DNA from: Promethearchaeota archaeon
GTDB lineage: Archaea > Asgardarchaeota > Hermodarchaeia > Hermodarchaeales > Hermodarchaeaceae
NCBI GenBank assembly: GCA_048938295.1
Contig: JBHLMI010000034.1
Location: forward strand, 1-23,055
DNA length: 23,055 nt
Direction: 5' to 3'
Shown: in pieces, positions 1-8,005 of the stretch
Layout of the letters: every line of letters begins with the position of its first letter
Numbering within the stretch: the first letter of the stretch is position 1
Notes under the pieces: model-generated
Seen by the model: the letters and a program-made list of their open reading frames with translations, nothing else
Database searches by the model: none
Told to the model about the DNA's origin: nothing
Position numbers and translations under genes: made by a program

Positions 1-81
1 TGACGCGAGTTTACCATGAACCCGAATGTACTCCCCACAGTTTTTGCACCGGTATATTGTATAATATTTGAATCGCGTCAA
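1..81 (-). CDS. 5' fragment of a probable zinc-finger/zinc-ribbon protein, truncated at the left window edge
   Basis: Not in the ORF track. The minus frame from TTG at 81 reads MTRFKYYTIYRCKNCGEYIRVHGKLAS and runs off the edge with no stop. It has a CxxC-G knuckle and an upstream TTTAAG box at 141-146 (minus). Confidence 0.4.
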   Translation of the reverse strand, partial: MTRFKYYTIYRCKNCGEYIRVHGKLAS

Positions 82-135
82 AATCCATCCATCACATCAT
101 ATCAAATATGACAAACCACTAATTGGATGGAACGG

Positions 136-146
136 GCTTTCTTAAA
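136..146 (-). promoter_or_regulatory. Putative TATA-type promoter element (TTTAAGAAAGC) for the left-edge gene
   Basis: The same 11-mer occurs at 7907-7917 upstream of the endonuclease IV gene, on the same strand. Confidence 0.4.
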
Positions 147-186
147 CTGTTGGGTTTAGCATTTCACAATAAGACCTGCTTTACAC

Positions 187-197
187 AAGCTTTTAAT
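187..197 (+). promoter_or_regulatory. Putative BRE/TATA promoter (AAGCTTTTAAT) for the GNAT gene
   Basis: Matches the AA(A/G)GCTTT(T)AA motif seen upstream of several genes in the window; lies 35-50 nt before the start. Confidence 0.45.
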
Positions 198-231
198 CTT
201 AGACGAATTCCGAAGGGTTGAAGTCAAACAA

Positions 232-1494
232 GTGGGTGGAACTCGTATGTATGACCAACTAGATGACAGCTTCATCCTTCGAACAGGCACAGAATCTGAT
301 ATCAAAGCCATCAAAAAACATGTTTTAGCAGTCCATGGGAAAAAAGGGCTACCCATGATTGATCGATTGTTCAGGCTGCACCCCAACTTTCCTCCATCTG
401 ATAATTTCTTGATTGAAGACTCGAAAACGGGAGAAATCGTAGCCTATTTTTGTCTCAAGCTTGACACAGGTATTCTGGGAGGACAGAAAATCTCCGTAGG
501 GCAAATGGAAATTGTAGGAACGCTGAAGGAGTTCCGGAACCGTGGTTTGATTCGTAAACTCAATGAGGCATTCGATCAGCGAGTCGAAGAATACAAACTC
601 CCCCTGGTCATTATCGCTGGTATCCCCTACTACTATCGAAAATTAGGATATGAATACGCCATACAAATGGGTGGCTCTCTTACAATTCCGCTAGAACTTA
701 TCCCACCTCTTAAGAAAGGTGAAATCGAACCAATAACGATCGAAGAAGTCACCACAAGCACCTTTCCCAAATATCTGAAAATTCGAGGAAAATGCACCTC
801 CTATCTTGATTTGTATCGAAACATTACACAAGAAGAGTACCCTTACCTCTCAACTGGAAGGCTTGGTGATGAAGCTGTGTATAAGTTCAATCTGGTGCGG
901 CAAAACCAGGAAATCGTTGGAATCTTTATCCTTAGTATCGGCTGGGGAGCTCTTGAAGTGGTTGAATTATGGGTTGAGAATCTCAACCACCTGGTTCCGC
1001 TGCTCCGTTTCTGGAAAACTTTGGCAAAACGCAAACGCTTACCCCTACGCATTCATTTTCCCTCCCGTCCCGGAATCGTCCAAGCTCTTGAGAGTATTAG
1101 TCGCTCAAAATTCGGACGACCATATGCTTGGTATGTGAAAATCCCCTCAATTAAACGATTCATTGAAGCGATCAAACCTGTCATTGAGTACCGCATAGCA
1201 AATTCTGATTTCAAGGGGTTATCTGATTCAATTCGAATAAGCTGGTATCATGAAGGTATCGAATTGGTGTTCAAGGACGGGATATTTCACTCGATTAACC
1301 CAATTCCGCGTGCTGAAATCAAGGACATGAATGTTGCTGTGCCATTCCCCGTCATTTATCAGCTCCTCTTAGGATATCGAACTATTGATGAACTGCACCG
1401 AATATTTCCCGATGCTGGTGGGGATGCAACCAAAACTCCCATCATTCGACAAATCTTCCCTAAACTCGCAGCTATCTGGGCCCCTGAATTCTAG
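232..1494 (+). CDS. Eis-like GNAT family N-acetyltransferase (tandem GNAT plus SCP2-like C-terminus)
   Basis: Acetyl-CoA-binding motif A (IVGTLKEFRNRGLIRKL) and IPYYYRKLGYE. The ~420-aa length and C-terminal ELVFKDG...VIYQLLLGYRTIDEL fit the Eis architecture. The start may be the ATG at 247. Confidence 0.8.
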   Translation: MGGTRMYDQLDDSFILRTGTESDIKAIKKHVLAVHGKKGLPMIDRLFRLHPNFPPSDNFLIEDSKTGEIVAYFCLKLDTGILGGQKISVGQMEIVGTLKEFRNRGLIRKLNEAFDQRVEEYKLPLVIIAGIPYYYRKLGYEYAIQMGGSLTIPLELIPPLKKGEIEPITIEEVTTSTFPKYLKIRGKCTSYLDLYRNITQEEYPYLSTGRLGDEAVYKFNLVRQNQEIVGIFILSIGWGALEVVELWVENLNHLVPLLRFWKTLAKRKRLPLRIHFPSRPGIVQALESISRSKFGRPYAWYVKIPSIKRFIEAIKPVIEYRIANSDFKGLSDSIRISWYHEGIELVFKDGIFHSINPIPRAEIKDMNVAVPFPVIYQLLLGYRTIDELHRIFPDAGGDATKTPIIRQIFPKLAAIWAPEF

Positions 1495-1511
1495 GTACAA
1501 TATTTCACATG

Positions 1512-4163
1512 CTAAATGAGCGGTTCCTCAGTCAGCTCAGGAGAACTTTCGGTGACCACTTGTTCTCCCTTCAGAATGAGCTGTGCAACTTCTAGGGCCC
1601 CATCTTTGAACAGAGGGGTATTGTTGTTACCACACTGATAGGAATATGTACAAGCCGGACACCCTTCAAGTGCTTCACAAGCACATTCATCTAAAATCAC
1701 CTTCACCCGTCGAAGCGCTTCCTCCAACCGATCGAAAAGAAGCTTGGACAATCCACTTCCGCCTGGACTTCCATCATAAATGAAAATGAGTCCCGATGCA
1801 CCCATTGAAACTCCTCCGATCGCATTCCGTCCTCCACCTGTTAACATATCACTGGTTTCAATCAGGGTATGTTCCAAGGCATGAAACCCACCCACAATTA
1901 GTTCATTCTCAGTGATTTCATCTTCATCATTAATTGGAACCTCGGTTTTAGGTCTGGATTGAAGCGCCGTAGTAGCCTCTTTCACGGATTTCACAGGATG
2001 TGGTGCTGTGAAAAAGAAACCCTTTGTAGGGTAGGTAAATTCTAAGGCTTTGTCTAACTCTTTGGTCTTCAAAATCCTGTCAGAATAAATGTCTTTAATT
2101 ACATACCCGGTGATGATTTCTGTCATTCGAAGATCCGCATAATGTACCGTCATGCCATAGACTTGCCGTGTATCTAATACCCGAATGATCTTCGGATTCA
2201 CATGACGTAACGGTTGGGTCATTTCCCGGTGACCATGGGGTAATTTCTTCACAACCGCCCGGCCCACCCCGTGACGGTATTCGAACTCCAACGCCTCATA
2301 GGAGGTCCCCCCGTGTAAATAGTATGCTCCTGGATGTAACTCACCCATAGCAATGGGCATCTGGCGTTCACCAATAATCTTCCCTTCATGGATGATTTTC
2401 ACACTATCACCGATTCCACGAATGGAATATGGGGCTAGGATGCGTCTAGCTTCGATGATGTTCGGTTTCAATTTCTCCTTGTCATCTTGCAAGAGGCTAT
2501 CTGTTTGGAGTTGCTCCAAGATGGGCTGAAACTCGATGAATTCCTCTTTTCTAATGGGTAAATCTAGGGCAGCGGATAGCAGCTGATGATACGCCACCAC
2601 TTCGTTGTGTGGTTCCACATAGGCGGGATCGATGTCTGTGAAGTAATCGTTCGGGTGTTCGCGGTAGTAGGTGCTAATGGCGTCGTTTGGGCGTAAGGCT
2701 AAGACGGCTACACTTTCTTGCCCTTTTCGTCCTGCACGTCCAATCCGTTGAGTGAGCCGTGTGATTCCTACCAGCATCGACACCACGCCTTCAAGGTCAC
2801 CGATGTCAATTCCCAGCTCTAGCGTGGGTGTGGAGACGAGTACGTCTAGTTCGCCGCGACGAAAATCGTCTTCAACGCGTCGGCGATAGGCCATTGGCAG
2901 CCCTGCCCGGTGAACGGCACTCTTCAGCTGCGTTTGCCGGGCAATGAGATTGATAACTTCAGCGTTTTTATGAGTGTTGGCAAACACCAATGTCTTCAAA
3001 TCATGACGAACTAATTCCCGTGCGACACTAGCGATCATTGTGCTTTGGCTGATTCGCTCAGGATACAGCATTAGGAAGTGAATCACTCCCTTTTTACCCG
3101 TGTCGCAATGAATAGAAATCACAGACCGCCCAAACAACAACTCAGCGAATTCTTGAGCATTCGCCACAGTAGCTGAGGCTCCAATCAATTGAAGGCGGGG
3201 GCAAATACGTTGCAATCGACGTAGCAAAAAATGGACATTTGCACCAAAGGCTCCCACATACACATGAAGCTCATCTAAGACCACGTGCTGAGCTGTCCGA
3301 ACCAGCCGCCGAATCGGATCCCGTGGACGAATCAAGTGAATATGGAGCATATCCGGATTCGTAATCAAAATATCAGGGGGTTGACGGAAAATTGTTGCAC
3401 GGTCCGACTTGGGAGTGTCTCCATCCAGCACTGCCACATCTAAACCGACGCTTGATGCTAGCACAGCAAGTTTCCCGGATTGGTCCCGGGCTAGCGCTTT
3501 AGTGGGGTAAATGAAAAGTGCCTGGACGCTGCGCTTTTCTGCAGCACGCAGAGGTCCCCAGCCAACCTGGCGTTCGAGTATCTGCTGAATTATCGGCAGT
3601 GCGAAGGCTTCAGTTTTTCCGGTTGCGGTGGGTGCAGAAACCACCACATCTTTACCCGCAAGTATCTGATGCACTGCTTCTTCTTGAAATTGAAACAGAT
3701 GCGTAAGGCCTTGCTGTTTGAGAGCAGTCTTTAATTGTTCATCGAAAGGAGCGCTATTTATTTCACACCCCAGATCCGGGGTCGTGTCAGGGGCCTGTTG
3801 GTATTTTACCAAATGGTGCGCAGGATCTGCAAGTATTCGCTGCACAACCTTGGGTAATGCTTTCAGCGATGAAACTCCAGCCTGTTTCAGCTGCCGTTCC
3901 CATTCCTCTTTGGAGCGCGGCAGCGAACGTTCTGAAGGCGGCTTGCTACGCTGAGGCGGTTTCACTTTCACAGTAGCCCCTTGAGCAGGTTCACCACCTT
4001 CCATGACATCCATGAAACGAAAATAGGCGGCTATTGGATCATTCACTTCTCCTGGTTGAGTCTGGTGACTGGCTCCACATTGCGAACAAATGACCTTGAA
4101 ATGCTTACCTAAGCGTCGCACCTCAACAAACCCTGCACAACGTGGGCAGATACGGTAAGACAT
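1512..4163 (-). CDS. SF2 DEAD/DEAH-box helicase with C-terminal DUF1998 Zn-binding domain (Hrq1/MrfA/SftH family) and N-terminal Zn ribbon
   Basis: Q motif LFQFQEEA, Walker A APTATGKT, Ia YPTKALARDQ, ITNPDMLH, II DELH, III SAT, V STPTLELGIDIG, VI QRIGRAGR. DUF1998 signature HALEH...YDGSPGGSG...CAC..GCPAC...C. N-terminal CPRC/CSQC. Start moved from 4244 to ATG 4163 because a TTTAAA box lies at 4198-4203. 883 aa. Confidence 0.92.
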   Translation of the reverse strand: MSYRICPRCAGFVEVRRLGKHFKVICSQCGASHQTQPGEVNDPIAAYFRFMDVMEGGEPAQGATVKVKPPQRSKPPSERSLPRSKEEWERQLKQAGVSSLKALPKVVQRILADPAHHLVKYQQAPDTTPDLGCEINSAPFDEQLKTALKQQGLTHLFQFQEEAVHQILAGKDVVVSAPTATGKTEAFALPIIQQILERQVGWGPLRAAEKRSVQALFIYPTKALARDQSGKLAVLASSVGLDVAVLDGDTPKSDRATIFRQPPDILITNPDMLHIHLIRPRDPIRRLVRTAQHVVLDELHVYVGAFGANVHFLLRRLQRICPRLQLIGASATVANAQEFAELLFGRSVISIHCDTGKKGVIHFLMLYPERISQSTMIASVARELVRHDLKTLVFANTHKNAEVINLIARQTQLKSAVHRAGLPMAYRRRVEDDFRRGELDVLVSTPTLELGIDIGDLEGVVSMLVGITRLTQRIGRAGRKGQESVAVLALRPNDAISTYYREHPNDYFTDIDPAYVEPHNEVVAYHQLLSAALDLPIRKEEFIEFQPILEQLQTDSLLQDDKEKLKPNIIEARRILAPYSIRGIGDSVKIIHEGKIIGERQMPIAMGELHPGAYYLHGGTSYEALEFEYRHGVGRAVVKKLPHGHREMTQPLRHVNPKIIRVLDTRQVYGMTVHYADLRMTEIITGYVIKDIYSDRILKTKELDKALEFTYPTKGFFFTAPHPVKSVKEATTALQSRPKTEVPINDEDEITENELIVGGFHALEHTLIETSDMLTGGGRNAIGGVSMGASGLIFIYDGSPGGSGLSKLLFDRLEEALRRVKVILDECACEALEGCPACTYSYQCGNNNTPLFKDGALEVAQLILKGEQVVTESSPELTEEPLI

Positions 4164-4197
4164 TGTTCGCTCCCATCTGCGAATGCAAGTTAAAGAA

Positions 4198-4208
4198 TTT
4201 AAAGCCTT
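4198..4208 (-). promoter_or_regulatory. Putative BRE/TATA promoter (AAGGCTTTAAA) for the helicase
   Basis: About 35 nt upstream of ATG 4163; matches the recurring motif. Confidence 0.5.
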
Positions 4209-4258
4209 TAGGAGAGCCCAAATAAAAAGTAAAGCGAGAACCAAACTAAAAACTTAAT

Positions 4259-4627
4259 ATGCCCTATTTAGAATCATCTCTTAGGGTGATTGGGATTTCA
4301 ATAGCCAAAGAAGGGAAAAAACCTCGCCTAAGCGAGGAACAAAAACGACAGCAAAGCTGTGCGCTCATAGTCGTGCTCATCCTAACTTTGATCTTTGCCT
4401 TTTTTCTAATCACAGCCCCACCGTTTGCCGCCATTTTTGTGGTCTTTTATGCTATGGTTATCGTGTTCATGCTTCTTCCACGGGACCGAGTTCCAAGGTC
4501 ATTAAAACGTATTAGACGCGATATCGACCGTCGTGCTCATTTTCCTGCAGGAGGGTATGGAAAAGGCGTCATTTCCTTTGAAGACGGAGGGCCCACCAAG
4601 CCCCCAAGAGATGAAGAGGATTATTAG
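4259..4627 (+). CDS. Small membrane protein with a two-helix hairpin, basic flanks and an acidic C-terminal tail; function unknown
   Basis: Hydrophobic stretch CALIVVLILTLIFAFFLITAPPFAAIFVVFYAMVIVFMLLP; fills the gap between flanking genes. The true start may be GTG 4286, since AAAAACTTAAT at ~4248-4258 looks like its TATA box. Confidence 0.7.
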   Translation: MPYLESSLRVIGISIAKEGKKPRLSEEQKRQQSCALIVVLILTLIFAFFLITAPPFAAIFVVFYAMVIVFMLLPRDRVPRSLKRIRRDIDRRAHFPAGGYGKGVISFEDGGPTKPPRDEEDY

Positions 4628-4638
4628 TAGGAACGCGC

Positions 4639-5133
4639 CTATCGTGGATGTGACGAAGTGCGATACTTCTCCATGAGATAGAGGAGCTCTTCTTCCAGAG
4701 TTGGAAAGAATTGGGGGTTTTCAATAATGCGGGCAACTTCTATACCCTTTAGAGTGTAGATGAGAATTGTTGGAATGGCTTTGATATTGAGGGTATTTAC
4801 TTCTGGTGGACTGGGTGGAATTGCCCATTGGCGGTTAGGATTTAAAGGATCGGTTTTAACTCCACTTAAGATGTAGACGCGAAGCCCTGTGGCTTCATGC
4901 ACCAAATCTAAGACCGGAATATTGGCGACGCAATCCTTGCACCAATCTGCGCTAATTGCTACCACGATAAATTGATCCGCATTCTTCTTAATCGCCTCAA
5001 GCGTTTCAGCCTTTGGTGTGTATTCTGCTCGACGCGCTTCGTATTTTGGCTTGCAATCAACGGAACACTCATGCATGTATTCTTCAATGGGGGATGCGCG
5101 ATTGAGCATATCCTCAAAGACAAATTTAGCCAT
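4639..5133 (-). CDS. Thioredoxin-family protein (WCKDC active site)
   Basis: ISADWCKDC CxxC motif and cis-Pro region IKAIPTILIY...EVARIIENP; 164 aa. Confidence 0.88.
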   Translation of the reverse strand: MAKFVFEDMLNRASPIEEYMHECSVDCKPKYEARRAEYTPKAETLEAIKKNADQFIVVAISADWCKDCVANIPVLDLVHEATGLRVYILSGVKTDPLNPNRQWAIPPSPPEVNTLNIKAIPTILIYTLKGIEVARIIENPQFFPTLEEELLYLMEKYRTSSHPR

Positions 5134-5157
5134 ATTAGATGTCCTCCCAGAACTGGA

Positions 5158-5913
5158 TTAGAGGGTGATGATTTGGGTATCACGGGGCACAATGATCTTC
5201 CCTGAAAATGATGCTCGTATACTTGTGAGGGCATCGCCTAGCTCTTCCAGCAGCTCTGGGTATAAATGTGTCAAGACTAAGGTCTTCACATTCGCTTCAG
5301 CGGCTAATTTGCCAAGATCACCCGGTGTTGTATGGGTAGTCGCAATCTCTTTCATGCGGTCAGGGAAGGAACACTCATGAATCAGTAAATCCGCACCCTT
5401 GGCAACACGAATCACTTCCTTACACGGAGCTGTATCACCAGAATAGACCACGCGTTTACCTTCAGCCTCGATGTGAAATCCATAGGCTTCGAAATCGCCA
5501 TGCATTACTGGGAACGCTAACACCGTCCACTTGTTGGTCTTCGTCTGAAAGCCTGGCTCGACTTGATGGTATTTGAGCTTCACCTTTCCCTTGAGGTATG
5601 GGAAAATCTCGCTTAAGTACGTCGCCATCTTCATTAGCGCTGTAGGTCCATACACGTTCAAGGTCTTATCATACCCTGACAGCCACAAGCTCTGCAGCAA
5701 AGCAACGATATCGGATACATGATCGATATGCAAATGGCTGATGAACACATGTTCAATCTTGTTAATATCATTCAAACTGCATGACAGTCGATGGAGCACA
5801 CCTGCGCCTAAATCAAAAATTAAGGGTTCACCCGCAGTTTCGACCATCAATCCCGACGACACACGGTCGGGTGACAACAGCGATGCTCCGCTGCCAAGAA
5901 TTGTCACTTCCAT
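5158..5913 (-). CDS. Metallo-beta-lactamase-fold hydrolase, RNase Z/AtsA-like
   Basis: LGSGA, FDLGAG, SHLHIDH (HxHxDH), VVYSGDT, DLLIHECSF, HTT, LVLTHLYP. No flexible-arm insertion is apparent. Confidence 0.88.
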   Translation of the reverse strand: MEVTILGSGASLLSPDRVSSGLMVETAGEPLIFDLGAGVLHRLSCSLNDINKIEHVFISHLHIDHVSDIVALLQSLWLSGYDKTLNVYGPTALMKMATYLSEIFPYLKGKVKLKYHQVEPGFQTKTNKWTVLAFPVMHGDFEAYGFHIEAEGKRVVYSGDTAPCKEVIRVAKGADLLIHECSFPDRMKEIATTHTTPGDLGKLAAEANVKTLVLTHLYPELLEELGDALTSIRASFSGKIIVPRDTQIITL

Positions 5914-6066
5914 AAGTCTCGACCCTACACAGCCAAGGACACTTAACTTTTATGAACTTTACCCAAAAGTAAAAAACCTTAATCTATGGAGACTAGGGAC
6001 GCAAAGTTGAAATAGCTTCGACTCTAAAAGCAAAGATAAGCGGACGCTATCCCCAGGGGATTCCGG

Positions 6067-6921
6067 ATGATACACCACGTCTACATCATTGACGCACGCG
6101 ACGAAATCGTCGTCGAGAAAAAATTCTGGATCATTACTGTCAACGTCAAGGAAATGCGAGATTTTGCCAATCGCGTTAAAGTCGCCCGAGACACCATCAT
6201 CGAAGAAATTGGCCCAATCAAATACATAGGCAAACCCCTCGGTCGGGGCATCGTCGTACTCTGCGCCGAAGGTGTCGACGATGACGACACGCTCCGCGAA
6301 AAACTTGACCGTGTCACCTACGAATTCCGCCGTGTCATTAGCTACGAAGTCGAATACGAAACCTTCATGGACAAAGTCGACGACTATGTCACCACCACCC
6401 TCAAAGTCAGCATCATTGGCTACGGGGGCGTTGGCAAAACCACCCTCGTTACCCTCCTCAACGGCGGTGTCCCACCTACTAGTTATGTCCCCACCATTGC
6501 CATCGACATTCAGAAAATCGAAGGTGCCCGTATCGGCACATACGAAGTTTCGACCTGGGACTTTGCGGGGCAGGATCGGTTCCGGAAGCTGTGGGAACTT
6601 TACTTCCGTGGTAGCCGAATCATCTTACTAGTCACTGATTCGACGCTAGAAAACGTTCTGAACAGTAAGGATATCATTGATTTGATCCGACGAAAGGATA
6701 TTGCGGCTCAGTTATTGGCTATCGCAAATAAGCAGGATCTTCCTGGCGCCTTATCTCCTCAGTTAGTACAACGTATTTTGGGTATCAAGGCGTATGGCAT
6801 GGTTGCCATCGACCCGAATAACCGTGAGAAAGCGCTGGACATCATCAAAGAAGCGTTGAAGTTGTCTGCACCTAGGGAAGAGCCAGTGACAGCCAAACCA
6901 GAGATGGTTTTTGACATCTAA
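6067..6921 (+). CDS. Small Ras-superfamily (Arf/Rab-like) GTPase with an N-terminal longin-like domain
   Basis: G1 GYGGVGKT, G2 PTI, G3 WDFAGQ, G4 NKQD, G5-like GMVA. The ~110-aa N-terminal extension starts MIHHVYIID with a beta-beta-alpha-beta-beta-beta-alpha-alpha pattern consistent with longin domains (fold call is inference). Confidence 0.9.
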   Translation: MIHHVYIIDARDEIVVEKKFWIITVNVKEMRDFANRVKVARDTIIEEIGPIKYIGKPLGRGIVVLCAEGVDDDDTLREKLDRVTYEFRRVISYEVEYETFMDKVDDYVTTTLKVSIIGYGGVGKTTLVTLLNGGVPPTSYVPTIAIDIQKIEGARIGTYEVSTWDFAGQDRFRKLWELYFRGSRIILLVTDSTLENVLNSKDIIDLIRRKDIAAQLLAIANKQDLPGALSPQLVQRILGIKAYGMVAIDPNNREKALDIIKEALKLSAPREEPVTAKPEMVFDI

Positions 6922-6933
6922 ATTTGAAGTGAG

Positions 6934-7887
6934 TTAATCCACATCTCCTTTTTGAAAGAATTGGATGAGAGATGGGTGTGAGGGATGGTATTCCTTCTCA
7001 ATCCTTCCGCTGTCGATGAACTCTTTGATCAGCAGAGTTTGTTCAAATCGGAAATCGAGTCCATTGCGTTCATTAGATTTGGATTCACACACAATACTCA
7101 CTTTATCGAGAAAGCGCTGTTCCTGCAATACAGATAAGAATAATTTCCAGGGAACATTTGAACCGCCTTCTAAGGGGGCATGGCTAACCTCTCCTCGGCG
7201 ATTGGCAAAAATCCCTGATAGGTGGACTGGCAACCGCCACCGAGACAGGTCAATCATGTCGTCAATGAGGTCTAGGCGTCTAAGGATTCCTGTTTCAGAG
7301 GTGACATCGTCGCCTCGGGCAAAATCATGAGCGAAATCCCAACAGAACAAGCACCCGGTTTCTCCGGCCACCTCACAGACTTCCCTAAAGCTCCCAAACC
7401 CAGCGACTTTTCCCGCTACTTCTGGGGCAGGTACAGCATTGATTTCATCGGCTTCGATCTTTACCATGATTTCCTTCAGTCGTTGCAGGACAAGGTCCTT
7501 TGTTGCGGATTTAAGCTGCCGGGAGCCAGCATGGAAGGTCACGTGTGTTGCACCTACGAGGTCAGCAACGTGTAGGCAGCGGGTCATGTGAGCGCGACTG
7601 GTTCGCAACACCCCTTTCTCCGTGCTTGTCAGTGAAATCGTATAAGGACCGTGTATACTCACATGGAAATCTTGGAGCTTGTCTCCAATACTCTTCGCCC
7701 TTTCCTTGGATGGATACCCTGGCAAGCTACCTCTCGGATTTCCGAGAACATTCGAAAGACAAAGCAGTTCAGCCGCTTTTAGGTTCTCAGAACGTAATCG
7801 GGTGGTGACTTGTTGAATGATTGTGTCTGAAGTAAAGGTATTCAGTGGAAATGCTGCCATGCCAACGACTGCGATGGTAGGTAACAC
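6934..7887 (-). CDS. nfo: Archaeal-type endonuclease IV (AP endonuclease family 2, TIM barrel)
   Basis: Zn-ligand motifs in order: SIHGPY, TFHAG, PEVAGK..FGS, WDFAH, PVHLSG, GEVSH, IVCES. GTG start at 7887. Confidence 0.8.
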   Translation of the reverse strand: MLPTIAVVGMAAFPLNTFTSDTIIQQVTTRLRSENLKAAELLCLSNVLGNPRGSLPGYPSKERAKSIGDKLQDFHVSIHGPYTISLTSTEKGVLRTSRAHMTRCLHVADLVGATHVTFHAGSRQLKSATKDLVLQRLKEIMVKIEADEINAVPAPEVAGKVAGFGSFREVCEVAGETGCLFCWDFAHDFARGDDVTSETGILRRLDLIDDMIDLSRWRLPVHLSGIFANRRGEVSHAPLEGGSNVPWKLFLSVLQEQRFLDKVSIVCESKSNERNGLDFRFEQTLLIKEFIDSGRIEKEYHPSHPSLIQFFQKGDVD

Positions 7888-7906
7888 GAGAGAATCGCCT
7901 ACCTGA

Positions 7907-7924
7907 GCTTTCTTAAATATGCCT
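7907..7924 (-). promoter_or_regulatory. Putative BRE/TATA promoter for nfo (minus-strand ...GGCATATTTAAGAAAGC)
   Basis: TTTAAG lies ~25-30 nt upstream of GTG 7887, consistent with a leaderless or short-leader transcript. Confidence 0.5.
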
Positions 7925-7987
7925 TTAAGTGTACGGAATGTGCCTTTCCGCTTCTTTTACATTGTTTTATCGATTCTGATTAAATTA

Positions 7988-8000
7988 GAAAGGTTTATAT
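7988..8000 (+). promoter_or_regulatory. Putative BRE/TATA promoter (GAAAGGTTTATAT) for the wHTH operon
   Basis: Purine-rich BRE followed by TTTATAT in an AT-rich divergent intergenic region. Confidence 0.45.
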
Positions 8001-8005
8001 TTGTG

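Noticed and set aside
4164-4244. Hydrophobic N-terminal extension (MVLALLFIWALLKAL) that would give the helicase a signal or membrane anchor
   Set aside because: The extension spans the predicted TATA box at 4198-4203, so ATG 4163 is the more plausible start.
1512-7887. DUF1998 helicase region as an anti-phage defence island (DISARM/Druantia-like)
   Set aside because: No methyltransferase, SNF2 helicase, PLD nuclease or other defence partner is visible; the neighbours are housekeeping-type genes.
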